Of a stretch of DNA of 64,000 bases, positions 9,716 to 19,342 are shown piece by piece. The notes under the pieces were generated by a model, which saw only the letters and a program-made list of their open reading frames with translations, searched no databases and was not told the DNA's origin. Made by a program: the position numbers and the translations under genes. The stretch is taken from NCBI GenBank assembly GCA_964529025.1, contig CAZGUZ010000001.1:70163-134162 (forward strand), written 5' to 3'. Numbering within the stretch: the stretch's first letter is position 1; each line of letters starts with the position of its first letter. The stretch comes from an uncultured Candidatus Saccharibacteria bacterium (GTDB lineage: Bacteria; Patescibacteriota; Minisyncoccia; Phycocordibacterales; PALSA-1337).

Positions 9716-11194
9716 CTAGCTTAAAAGCTCCGTTAATATTTTTCGTAATAGTTCTGGGTTTGCACTACTTCCTGAAGCCTTAACAGTTTTCATTGCCTGA
9801 CCAACCAAAAATTGTAGAGCACTTACTTTACCACTCTTAAAATCAGCAACTACTGTTGGGTTTGCTGCAACGATTGCTGCACACACAGTCTTAAGTTCAC
9901 CTTCATTACTATTTTGAATAAGACCTTGGATCTGAGCAATTTCTTCGGTAGTTCTTAAAGGAGTTTCGGCATCAACCAATGTTTCGTAGAGGTGCTTCAA
10001 AAGATCCTTTGCTCCTCGAGAAGAAAGTTTACCTGACTGAATAAGCTTAATCACATCAGCCATACGCTCTGGCGATATTTTATTAATTCCTTGCGCAATA
10101 TTTTCTCCGAAATCTTTTTTAATAAAACCAACGTAGTCGGTAAGAATATAATTAACAGACAATTTTACAGCTTCGGCTTTGTTGTCGAGTAATTGGGCAA
10201 CTTTTTCAAAGTATGAACCAAGCTGAACTACTATCACAAAAACTTCAACCTCCTCTGGCTTAAGACCAAAATCTTGTGTGTATCGCTTGCGCTTTTCCCA
10301 AGGTAATTCTGGTAATGTTCCTCGCAAATCTTCTGGCTTAAATTCTTCTATCTCAGAAATCATCATATGAGGAATATCAGGATCAGGAAAATATCGATAA
10401 TCATGTGAGCTTTCCTTTTTTCTCTGAGAAAATGTTGTTTGAGTACTATCATCCCAGCCACGAGTTTCTTGAACTACCTTTTCACCTCGGGCAAGTAAAT
10501 CTGATTGTCGCTTAATTTCATAAGCAATTGCGCGTTCAACAGCTCTAAAAGAGTTAAGGTTTTTAACTTCTGTTTTTGTACCAAACTTTTTATTATCAGT
10601 ATCCTCGCGAGTTGCAACAGAGATATTTGCCTCTACGCGCATATGACCCTTTTCCATATGAGCATCGCCTGCTCCCAAATAGCGAAGTACAAGCTGTAGT
10701 TCTTCGGCAAAACGAACGGCTGTTTCAGAGTCATGAATAACCGGTTCGGTTACAAGTTCCATAAGTGGAACACCTGCTCGGTTAAAATTAACGAGACTTT
10801 TCTCGTGAATATCGTGTGTTGATTGTGCAGTGTCTTCTTCAAGATGAATGCGGGTAATTTTAACGCCAGCAAGTTCTCCACCTTCAACAAGGGGGTATGC
10901 ATACTGACTTATTTGATAGCCTTTTGGAATGTCAGGGTAAAAATAGTTTTTTCTATCCCATTCAGTATAATCAGCAATCTTTGCACCAAGAGCATGCCCC
11001 ACACGCAAAACATGTCGAATTGCTTCAAAGTTAAGCACAGGGAGTGTCCCTGGATGCCCCATACATACAGGACACACAAGTGCATTGGGTTTTTCTTCGT
11101 CAGGATTATTTGCGCAACCACAAAACATCTTTGATCGTGTCTTGAGTTCAGCGTGAATTTCGAGACCAATTGTAGGAATGAGTTCTTGAGCCAT
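9716..11194 (-). CDS. gatB: Asp-tRNA(Asn)/Glu-tRNA(Gln) amidotransferase subunit B
   Basis: 492 aa. N-terminus GLEIHAEL...MFCGC...CPVCMGHPGTLP is the GatB zinc site and catalytic region. A C-terminal YqeY-like domain is present. Confidence 0.9.
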   Translation of the reverse strand: MAQELIPTIGLEIHAELKTRSKMFCGCANNPDEEKPNALVCPVCMGHPGTLPVLNFEAIRHVLRVGHALGAKIADYTEWDRKNYFYPDIPKGYQISQYAYPLVEGGELAGVKITRIHLEEDTAQSTHDIHEKSLVNFNRAGVPLMELVTEPVIHDSETAVRFAEELQLVLRYLGAGDAHMEKGHMRVEANISVATREDTDNKKFGTKTEVKNLNSFRAVERAIAYEIKRQSDLLARGEKVVQETRGWDDSTQTTFSQRKKESSHDYRYFPDPDIPHMMISEIEEFKPEDLRGTLPELPWEKRKRYTQDFGLKPEEVEVFVIVVQLGSYFEKVAQLLDNKAEAVKLSVNYILTDYVGFIKKDFGENIAQGINKISPERMADVIKLIQSGKLSSRGAKDLLKHLYETLVDAETPLRTTEEIAQIQGLIQNSNEGELKTVCAAIVAANPTVVADFKSGKVSALQFLVGQAMKTVKASGSSANPELLRKILTELLS

Positions 11195-11205
11195 ACGTGC
11201 AACAA

Positions 11206-12204
11206 TTATAACGCAGAATCGGTTTTCGTTGGAACCATTTCTCGTAAATGAACACTGAGCATATCTTTAAACTTTTTCAAAGACTCATCATCGAGAACCG
11301 AGACTGCATAAACATACTTTGAATACTTTTTCATTAAGTCTACTGCAGCTTTAACCTGCTCTGGTGTACTCATATCGGTCTTTGTGAGCACAATGATTTC
11401 TGGTTTATGCTCAAGCTCATTACCATATTCTTTAAGTTCTTTTCGAATTGTAGTGTATACATCTTCGATATTTTCATTTTCAAGAGAAACACAGTGAACA
11501 ACAACTGATGTTCTTTTTACGTGACGCAAAAATGCATGACCTAAACCTTTACCTTCGGATGCCCCTTCAATGAGTCCTGGAATATCAGCAAGAACGTAGC
11601 CATAGAATGCACCGAGGTTTGGCTCAAGTGTGGTAAAGGCATAATTACCAACCTTTGCCTTTGCATTTGTTAGGGCATTAAGAAGACTTGATTTACCTGC
11701 ATTTGGCTGCCCTACAAAACCGGCATCAGCAGCAAGCTGTAGCTCAACAAAAAAATCTGCTTCTTCGCCTGGTTTGCCTGGAGTTGATTGCTCTGGACGA
11801 ACATTTGTCGACGCTTTAAAGTGTTCGTTTCCAAGACCGCCGTTTCCACCCTTAAGAATTCGGACTGTTTCACCTTCGGTCAAAAGGTGTATTGGTCTAT
11901 TCGTTCGCAAATCAGTAACCACGGAACCGATAGGTAAATCGATAATGAGATCAGCTCCACTACGGCCGAACATACTATCGCTCATACCATCAATACCGTT
12001 TTCGGCTACGAATTCCTTTTGATTTCGATATTGAGTAAGTAAAGCAAGGTCGCGGACAGCGCGTACGAATACGTCGCCACCCTTTCCACCGTTACCACCA
12101 GAGGCCCCAGCAAATTCGCGACCCTTTTCATGGCGCCAGCGTACAACACCTGATCCTCCATTGCCTGCCTTAACGTGAAATGTAAGTTCGTCTATAAAAG
12201 CCAT
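11206..12204 (-). CDS. obg: GTPase Obg
   Basis: 332 aa. The Gly-rich N-terminal Obg fold (GNGGSGVV...GGNGGKGGDV) and G1-G4 GTPase motifs (GQPNAGKSS) are present. Confidence 0.9.
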   Translation of the reverse strand: MAFIDELTFHVKAGNGGSGVVRWRHEKGREFAGASGGNGGKGGDVFVRAVRDLALLTQYRNQKEFVAENGIDGMSDSMFGRSGADLIIDLPIGSVVTDLRTNRPIHLLTEGETVRILKGGNGGLGNEHFKASTNVRPEQSTPGKPGEEADFFVELQLAADAGFVGQPNAGKSSLLNALTNAKAKVGNYAFTTLEPNLGAFYGYVLADIPGLIEGASEGKGLGHAFLRHVKRTSVVVHCVSLENENIEDVYTTIRKELKEYGNELEHKPEIIVLTKTDMSTPEQVKAAVDLMKKYSKYVYAVSVLDDESLKKFKDMLSVHLREMVPTKTDSAL

Positions 12205-12230
12205 ATTTGTTCGGTGAGTGTATCACAGAC

Positions 12231-13292
12231 CTACTCTGCCGTCACCTGTTTGTAAATATCAAGAAGAGCCAAAAGAAGACTGAGCGATAGTGGACCAAGG
12301 ATAAGTCCGATCGGACCAAAGAATGACAAACCACCGACAACTGACAAAAGAATAAGAAATTCGTGCACATCAACACCTTGCTGAACAATTCGTGGACCTA
12401 AAAAATTGTCGATGAGACCAACTGCAACAACTCCCCATACAAGAAAGCCTACTGCAAATGCTGTAGCGCCTGTAGCAAATAAATAGATAATACCCGGTAC
12501 AACCACAAGTGCCGTACCTACTCCTGGAATCAAAGATGCAATAGCAGCAACACTACCCCACAAAGCTGGGTTTGGTATACCGAACAAAAAGAAACCGAAA
12601 CCCGTAAGCACTCCTTGAATTCCTGCAACCACAAGTGAACCACGGATAACTGAGTTAATTGCTCGCTCGAGTTTAGTAAAAATCAAATTGTCGTATTCAT
12701 CATTAAGAGGTGAAAGCTTAGTCAGCATTGCTCGAACACGTGAACCATCTTTAAGCATATAGAACAAAGCAATGAGCAAGATGAAAGCGTTAAACATGAT
12801 TGTAGCGAAACTCGAGAATACGAAATCAATGTTCGTAAATGACCACTCAAGAGCACTCCTAATATAGGTAGCTATATCGAAAGAATCAAAAGAGATGAGC
12901 GCGCTTTCTCCGAAGATCTTATAGCTTATACGATTTGCAATACCATTAAGTGTATCGATCATTTGTACACGATTGCCTTCATGAGTTAAGTACACATAGA
13001 CATCCTGTGCTTCAAGAGAGATTTGGAGTACTAAAAATGAAAGCGGAATAAGGACCGCCGCAAAAACAATTGCAAGTGTTACACATGTTGAAAATGAACT
13101 GCCTTCATTACCTCGTGAGAATATTTTAGAGACAAAACGGTGCAGTGGCCTAAATAATACAGAAAAAACGAGAGCGAGAACGAGGGTCGAGATGTACGGC
13201 AAAAAAACTAATGTAGTAAGTACCGCTACGACACTTAATAGTGAAAAGAAAAAGTAATGTTGATTTCTATGCATACTCTTAGTATACACCAA
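12231..13292 (-). CDS. AI-2E family (PerM/YhhT-like) transporter
   Basis: 353 aa with about 8 TM helices. The architecture and Gly/Pro-rich C-terminal helices are typical of AI-2E. Confidence 0.65.
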   Translation of the reverse strand: MVYTKSMHRNQHYFFFSLLSVVAVLTTLVFLPYISTLVLALVFSVLFRPLHRFVSKIFSRGNEGSSFSTCVTLAIVFAAVLIPLSFLVLQISLEAQDVYVYLTHEGNRVQMIDTLNGIANRISYKIFGESALISFDSFDIATYIRSALEWSFTNIDFVFSSFATIMFNAFILLIALFYMLKDGSRVRAMLTKLSPLNDEYDNLIFTKLERAINSVIRGSLVVAGIQGVLTGFGFFLFGIPNPALWGSVAAIASLIPGVGTALVVVPGIIYLFATGATAFAVGFLVWGVVAVGLIDNFLGPRIVQQGVDVHEFLILLSVVGGLSFFGPIGLILGPLSLSLLLALLDIYKQVTAE

Positions 13293-13319
13293 AAAGCCAT
13301 CTTGTATGATGGCTTTTAT

Positions 13320-15797
13320 TTACTTATTTTTCTTCTGTGCTCGCCTATCTTTTCGATTGCCCTGCTTTTCTGTTTGTTCACCTGAATTTGTTGCGAGTGA
13401 ATCTGGATTTGTATGGACTTCTTTAAGCTTTTCTTGCTCTGGCTGAGCAACCTGAACTCCAACATGCGGTAAGAGTGAAAGTATTTGATTATCTACTGAC
13501 ATTTGCATTACCTTAAATAAACGCAGACCTTCTTTCTTGTACTCAACAAGTGGATCATGTTGTCCGTAGGCACGAAGATTTACACTGCCTCGCAAATAAT
13601 CCATAACCTCAAGGTGATCAACCCACAAAGTATCAATTGATTGCAAAATAACTTGTCGAATAACTTCACTGAAAGGTTCGCTTCCAAACTGAGTTACCTT
13701 TTCAGCAATGGTTTTTGTAAGCTTTTCTTGATCTTCTGTATTTGGAACACGGGCAATAATCTCATTGATACGCTCATATACAGTCTGAGTATTTGCTGTA
13801 AGTATATCTCGGCGGCGAGCATATACTGTTACACGCTGCTGATTGAGAACATCGTCATACTGCAAAACATGCTTTCTTCCATCAAAATGAAATCCTTCGA
13901 TCTTAGACTGAGCACCTTCAAGAGTCTTAGTTATAAATGAATTTTGAATTGCTTCGTCCTCGGGAACATTTAATTTTGCAAGTACGCCACGAATAGTTTC
14001 ACCACCAAAAATTCGCATAAGAGAATCTTCAAGAGAAACAAAGAACTGGGTCTCACCCGGATCACCTTGGCGACCAGCTCGTCCTCGGAGCTGATTATCA
14101 ATGCGTCGCGCATCATGACGCTCTGTTCCGAGAACAAAGAGTCCACCAAGAGCTTTTACTTCTTCGTATTGCTCTGGAGTTGCAGGATTACCACCGAGTT
14201 TAATGTCGACTCCTCGACCAGCCATGTTTGTTGCAATTGTCACTGCACTTTTTTTTCCTGCTTGAGCCACAATTTCTCCTTCTTTCTCATGATTCTTAGC
14301 ATTGAGCATATTGTGAGGCACGCCTTCTTTATGTAAGAAGTTGCTCAACATTTCATTGCGTTCAATAGAAACAGTACCAATGAGTACTGGTTGACCTTTT
14401 GAATGAATTTCTTTAACGCGTCGAGCAATTGCTTTAAACTTTCCTTGCTCTGTTCTGAATATCAAATCCTGATGATCTTTACGTGCAACTGTTTTATTTG
14501 TAGGAACAACAACAGTATCAAGGCCGTACACTTTATAAAACTCTTCTTTAGAGGTCTCGGCAGTACCTGTCATACCCGACAACTTTGTATAAAGTCTGAA
14601 AAAGTTTTGATAGGTAATAGAAGCAAAAGTTCGTGACTCTTGTTGAACCTTAAGACCTTCTTTAGCCTCAACAGCTTGATGAAGCCCTTCTGACCAGCGT
14701 CGGCCCGGCTGCATACGGCCAGTAAATGGATCTACAATAACCACCTGTCCATCTTTTACAACATAGTCTGTGTCTATGGTGTACAAAGATTTTGCTTTAA
14801 GCGCTGTTTCGAGGTGATGAACATATTTAATACCGGCATCTGCATATAGGTTTTGCACGCCCATAGCTTTTTCAACCTTGGCAATACCAGCCATAGTAAC
14901 AGCTACTGACTTTGATTTTTCATCAACGGTATAGTCTTCGGTCAAATTAAGTGATGCTGCGATTTGGGCAAATTGTGCATAGAGCATTCCTGAATCTGCT
15001 GCGGGTGCAGAAATGATAAGTGGAGTTCGAGCTTCGTCAATAAGAATTGAGTCAATTTCATCGACAATTGCATAGTTTGGCAAACGCTGTCGCAAGCGTT
15101 CTGAACGGTATTCAAGATTATCGCGTAAATAATCAAAACCAAATTCACTATTTGTTCCGTAAGTAATGTGCGCTTTATATGCTTCGCTACGTGATACGGG
15201 TCGCATGAACTCATTTACAACCTTAAATGAGCCTTGCTCATCGCGGACATCATCTTGTTGTTCTCCTGTATGAGATGGATCGTAAATAAATGAAGAGTCA
15301 TGATTGAGAATACCCACAGTAAGGCCAAGGTAATCGTAAATTTGACCCATCCACACACCGTCACGGCGTGACAAATAGTCATTAACTGTTACAACATGAA
15401 CACCCTTACCCGTAAGAGCATTCAAATATCCTGGGAGTGTGGCAACGAGAGTTTTTCCTTCTCCTGTACGCATTTCGGCAATATTACCGTCATTCATAAT
15501 CATGCCTCCAATAAGCTGAACATCGAAATGTCTTTGACCGAGAGTTCTTCGTGCAGCTTCGCGAACTAAAGCGAAAGCTTCAGAAAGAATTGGGTCGAGG
15601 GCTTTTTGTATATTTTCTTTTGTATCTAAATTTGCCTGACTCAAGGTTTGCATAAAAAATGCAGTGCGAGCACGCATATCCGCTTGAGTCATTTTTTCTA
15701 CCTGAGGTTCGAGGGCATTAATCTCGAGTACACGCTTTTTATACTGCTTAATGAGGCGACCATTATTGTCGCCGAGTAAATTTTTGAGCCATTGCAT
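13320..15797 (-). CDS. secA: Preprotein translocase ATPase SecA
   Basis: 825 aa. DEAD-like motor motifs (MRTGEGKT; DEIDSILIDEARTPLIIS) and a C-terminal basic tail. Confidence 0.95.
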   Translation of the reverse strand: MQWLKNLLGDNNGRLIKQYKKRVLEINALEPQVEKMTQADMRARTAFFMQTLSQANLDTKENIQKALDPILSEAFALVREAARRTLGQRHFDVQLIGGMIMNDGNIAEMRTGEGKTLVATLPGYLNALTGKGVHVVTVNDYLSRRDGVWMGQIYDYLGLTVGILNHDSSFIYDPSHTGEQQDDVRDEQGSFKVVNEFMRPVSRSEAYKAHITYGTNSEFGFDYLRDNLEYRSERLRQRLPNYAIVDEIDSILIDEARTPLIISAPAADSGMLYAQFAQIAASLNLTEDYTVDEKSKSVAVTMAGIAKVEKAMGVQNLYADAGIKYVHHLETALKAKSLYTIDTDYVVKDGQVVIVDPFTGRMQPGRRWSEGLHQAVEAKEGLKVQQESRTFASITYQNFFRLYTKLSGMTGTAETSKEEFYKVYGLDTVVVPTNKTVARKDHQDLIFRTEQGKFKAIARRVKEIHSKGQPVLIGTVSIERNEMLSNFLHKEGVPHNMLNAKNHEKEGEIVAQAGKKSAVTIATNMAGRGVDIKLGGNPATPEQYEEVKALGGLFVLGTERHDARRIDNQLRGRAGRQGDPGETQFFVSLEDSLMRIFGGETIRGVLAKLNVPEDEAIQNSFITKTLEGAQSKIEGFHFDGRKHVLQYDDVLNQQRVTVYARRRDILTANTQTVYERINEIIARVPNTEDQEKLTKTIAEKVTQFGSEPFSEVIRQVILQSIDTLWVDHLEVMDYLRGSVNLRAYGQHDPLVEYKKEGLRLFKVMQMSVDNQILSLLPHVGVQVAQPEQEKLKEVHTNPDSLATNSGEQTEKQGNRKDRRAQKKNK

Positions 15798-15833
15798 ACC
15801 GGCTATCCTATCATATTTATAAGCATATAAAAA

Positions 15834-15851
15834 GACCGACGAATGTCGGCC
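15834..15851 (-). terminator. Intrinsic terminator closing the murB-ncRNA transcript, just upstream of the secA promoter region
   Basis: Minus strand: GGCCGAC AUUC GUCGGUC followed by UUUUUAUAU. Confidence 0.6.
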
Positions 15852-15876
15852 TTTGCAAAAAATATGCTTGGGGTTG

Positions 15877-16245
15877 AATGAAGGGGGTGGTTGTACAGGA
15901 GTCTTGGCGGCGACTCAATGTATGCGAGCCACCCCCTTCACCCCTTGCTCACCCAAGGTACTCAGTACCTTGTTGAACTGCGCTAACACTCCGGTCTTGA
16001 AGTGTCACCACTCACTCCCCTTTATCCCCGGAGTGGTTGCGCAGCCGCACAGTAACACCATACTGTGTGGCAGATCCTCGCTCAAGGCCAAGCCTGAGCA
16101 CAAGATCGTATAGAGAACGGGGCCCTTCGACCCTATCCCCTCCCATTTCAAGTAGATTGTTCATTCCCTCTGGCCGCCCTTTTCTCCCCTGGGCCCTACC
16201 AGTGAACAATCCCTACCCAAACGGTCTACACTGCATATAGTATAC
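15877..16245 (-). ncRNA. GC-rich, highly structured non-coding island (candidate housekeeping ncRNA; divergent RNase P RNA is the best guess, identity unresolved)
   Basis: A roughly 370-nt stretch is markedly more GC-rich than the surroundings. It contains many long-range complementary segments, for example GGGGGUGG...CCACCCCC, CACUCCGG...CCGGAGUG and GAUUGUUCA...UGAACAAUC. On the minus strand there are RNase-P-like motifs: AAGGGGUGAAGGGGGUGG (cf. CR-II AGGGUGAAANGGUG), GGGUCGAAGGGCC near the 5' end, and ACAACCACCCCCUUCA near the 3' end, which could form a P4-like GAAGGG/CCCUUC pairing. It sits between the murB stop and an intrinsic terminator. No convincing protein-coding frame is present. 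Confidence 0.4.
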
Positions 16246-16361
16246 ACCATATCTGAATAATGTCAATAGCTTTAAACGCCGACTGATTAATACGGGTGTA
16301 ATATGGCTTTATTGAGCCATTTAGTATAAAGTCACACGACCAGTTACTTGCACTTTTCAAA

Positions 16362-17417
16362 TTATAAACAACAAACTTCCCTTTCGAGAGTTATATTAAA
16401 TTCTTTGAGGCATTTTTCTTCAATTTCTTGTGCTAAAGAATAAACATCGGCAGAGCTTGATGAAATTCCCCTTTCCATAGCCAAGACGAGTGGTTGATTT
16501 TTGTACACTTCAGCATTTCCTTTGCGGTAACCATTCAAATGAAGCACCTTATCAAGAAGCCATGCCAAAGAAATCTTATACTGACCATTTTTAGATGGAT
16601 ATGCGGGCAGTCCAGGATATTGCCTTTGTAGCCTTTTCAGTTGTTCTTCAGAAATTACTGGATTTTTAAAAAATGAACCTGCTGTTCCGTAGTGATTAAG
16701 GGGTGGTAGTTTTTTGGAACGAATCTCGCAAATTGCTTTGCGAATTTCTTGCGGATGATTTGGCATATTCCCTGCGAAATAGTTTTTAACATCCGGATAT
16801 GAAATATTTGGCTGGGAATTTTTTGAAAGCTTATATATTACCGCTGTCACAATGTATGTATTTGGCCTTGCTTTAAAAATACTGTGACGATAGTCAAAGT
16901 GACAGTCTTCATTCATTAAAGTAACTATCGGTAAATCCTGCTGTATGATATCGATACACTCTACTGCAACAATAGTTGATTGCACCTCTACTCCATATGC
17001 ACCGATATTTTGAATTGCACTTGCACCGACAAGACCGGGAATTGCCGAGAGGTTTTCAAAACCCCATAGACCTTTTTCGACAGTAACCCGCACGAGATTA
17101 TCCCAGTCTTCTCCTGCCTTTGCTTTTACATATACACTACTTTCATCTTGATTTTGCTGTGCCACCTCTAAAGGAAAGTAGTCGGAGAAATTTATTCCCT
17201 TGGCACGAATCATGAGTACAACTCCATTAAAACCATCGTCATGAACTAAAGTATTTGAACCGCCTCCAATAACTGTAATTGGTAGCTTGTGGTTGCGAGC
17301 ATAATTAACACCCTCACGAATATCTGCAATAGTACTGCATTCAATAAGTGTACGAGCCTTACCCCCTACTCCAAAGGTTGTAAGCGGGCCGAGTTCTGTA
17401 TTGTGAGATATTTTCAT
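16362..17417 (-). CDS. murB: UDP-N-acetylenolpyruvoylglucosamine reductase
   Basis: 351 aa. The FAD-binding domain (TFGVGGKARTL...VIGGGSNTL) and a long-form C-terminal domain are present. Confidence 0.85.
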   Translation of the reverse strand: MKISHNTELGPLTTFGVGGKARTLIECSTIADIREGVNYARNHKLPITVIGGGSNTLVHDDGFNGVVLMIRAKGINFSDYFPLEVAQQNQDESSVYVKAKAGEDWDNLVRVTVEKGLWGFENLSAIPGLVGASAIQNIGAYGVEVQSTIVAVECIDIIQQDLPIVTLMNEDCHFDYRHSIFKARPNTYIVTAVIYKLSKNSQPNISYPDVKNYFAGNMPNHPQEIRKAICEIRSKKLPPLNHYGTAGSFFKNPVISEEQLKRLQRQYPGLPAYPSKNGQYKISLAWLLDKVLHLNGYRKGNAEVYKNQPLVLAMERGISSSSADVYSLAQEIEEKCLKEFNITLEREVCCL

Positions 17418-17944
17418 GTGATGCGTAATAATGGCGAACGGGTGTTAGCTCCAAATATAATGTCTAAATTAAGATGTGAGTACAGCCGTCCGCCGTTACT
17501 AAGCACCACACATCTACAATCATATACTAATATTAGCGGTAATGCAGGATTTTATCCACATAAAAACGCAAAATCCTGCCGAGACAGGATCTTACGTAGA
17601 CATTCATTTGGTTTGGACTAACAGAGTTAGTACCCACACGTAAATAGTATAGACCCGTATTCTTGAGTGGTCAATGATTTTATACACATACACACAATTC
17701 ACCGAGTATTCCCCTGTTTTCTTAAGAAAGTCTCAAAAAATCATTTTATTTTTATCTCTTTTTTATAAATATTTTAAGAGAACAGGTCATACTATTCGCA
17801 CCACATACGTGGCATTATTATTTAAAATAAATTTATGTCTATTGATACACACGAACCACTCGAGGACCTTATCGAAAATAATACTTTCGAAGAAGACTCG
17901 GATGACTTAACAAATGAGCTTGAGCCATGGCATACTGAAGAAGA

Positions 17945-19342
17945 ATGACCGAGCAAACACTAACCGACACAGAGAGGATTAAGAAAGTGGGAACCACTCT
18001 ACTTAACGGCACTCTTATAGTGCTCGGTTTGTGTACCTGCACCATAATCTACGGCACCTTAACTCGTGGCGAATATTATAACGGTATCAATCTAGGTTTA
18101 TTTATGTGCATAGTTGGGATCATGGTATTCATACGTTTTCTTTACCATAAGAACTGGATTACCCTTGCATCAGTCAGTTTTGTTACCATCTTTGCCCTTG
18201 GCTGCTCTTACGGTGCATTTACATGGGGAGCAAGCATGCCAATCACTCTTTTAGGATTTGGCCTTACTATAGTTTTCACAACCTCGCTTCTTGGCAATAA
18301 AAGCGGTATCGCCGCACTCGTCATCACTGCTGTGGTACTCATAACTGCTGGAGTGCTCGAAATGGATCGTGGCATACCATCATGGAAATCAGAAAACATT
18401 GTCATTGCTGACCTCATCATATATACAGTCATGCTTGGCCTCACGACTCTCGTAGGTTGGTTGGCACAAAAGCAAATTGCTCAGGCACTTGAAAAAGCAA
18501 ATACTGCCGCAAGGGTTCTTAAACAAGAACAACAGAACTTGGGCAATATGGTCTCTGCTCAGGTACAGAAAATCGAAGCGGGCTTTAGAAAAGATATGAC
18601 TTCATCACAACATCAAGCAGATTTTGGAAAAATTGCTCAAGGATTATTCCACGATCTCATTAATCCAATCACCACTTTGACACTCACTATTGAAAGTATT
18701 AGATCGGGGCGAATTGGTATTAACGATGCATACATGCACTCAGAAAGCCTTAAGCGAGCGATATCAAGAACACAAAGATACCTTACTGCAGTTAAAAATA
18801 ACTTGGGTAAACCCAGTCTAGCTTGCGAATTCGATATCAAAGAAGAAATCTTAGCTGCTCTGGCACTCCATGAGTTTAGGGCTCGCCAAAATGACATTGG
18901 GCTTATTGTGCACGGTGAGCCATTCCCTATGTATGGTGATCCGATACAGCTCGGGCAAATTGTCTCTACTTTTGTATCAAATTCACTTGATGCTTTCGAG
19001 GACATTGAACGCAAACACAAGAAAATAATTATTCACTGGAAAATACGTCCGCGCACAATATCACTAACAGTAAAGGATAATGCTTGTGGCATGAGTGCCG
19101 AAACTCTCTCAAAAATCAGCACCTCATTCTTTACAACCAAAGAAAATGGTAATGGTTTTGGTTTAAATGCCGCAAAAAGTTCTCTCGAGAAATTCTTCAA
19201 TGGAACACTTTCCCTAGGTAGCGAGCTCGGAAAAGGAACCACAGTAACCTGTAGTATTCCCTTGCAAACGACTAACTCTCTAAGCGATGAATTGCAAACT
19301 CAAGCAGAAAATAATTACGAAGAGAATCTTGGCTCTCCTTAA
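17945..19342 (+). CDS. Sensor histidine kinase with N-terminal polytopic membrane sensor domain
   Basis: 465 aa with about 5 N-terminal TM helices. H-box (FHDLINPITTL) and HATPase_c N/G boxes (...DNACGMS...GNGFGL...GKGTTV) are present. No response regulator gene is adjacent. Confidence 0.85.
   Translation: MTEQTLTDTERIKKVGTTLLNGTLIVLGLCTCTIIYGTLTRGEYYNGINLGLFMCIVGIMVFIRFLYHKNWITLASVSFVTIFALGCSYGAFTWGASMPITLLGFGLTIVFTTSLLGNKSGIAALVITAVVLITAGVLEMDRGIPSWKSENIVIADLIIYTVMLGLTTLVGWLAQKQIAQALEKANTAARVLKQEQQNLGNMVSAQVQKIEAGFRKDMTSSQHQADFGKIAQGLFHDLINPITTLTLTIESIRSGRIGINDAYMHSESLKRAISRTQRYLTAVKNNLGKPSLACEFDIKEEILAALALHEFRARQNDIGLIVHGEPFPMYGDPIQLGQIVSTFVSNSLDAFEDIERKHKKIIIHWKIRPRTISLTVKDNACGMSAETLSKISTSFFTTKENGNGFGLNAAKSSLEKFFNGTLSLGSELGKGTTVTCSIPLQTTNSLSDELQTQAENNYEENLGSP

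Noticed and set aside
15853-16240. Small ORFs inside the GC-rich island (15853..16113 +, 16012..16209 -, 16037..16240 +)
   Set aside because: They are GC-driven open frames with Pro/Gly/Arg-rich unlikely peptides. The region shows RNA-like nested complementarity and a terminator, so it is interpreted as a structured RNA instead.
15877-16245. tmRNA (ssrA) identity for the GC-rich island
   Set aside because: There is a 5' GGGG and a UUCGAC block. There is no tRNA-like T-arm with a G53/C61 closing pair, no acceptor pairing between the ends, and no tag reading frame ending in Ala-Ala-stop on either strand.
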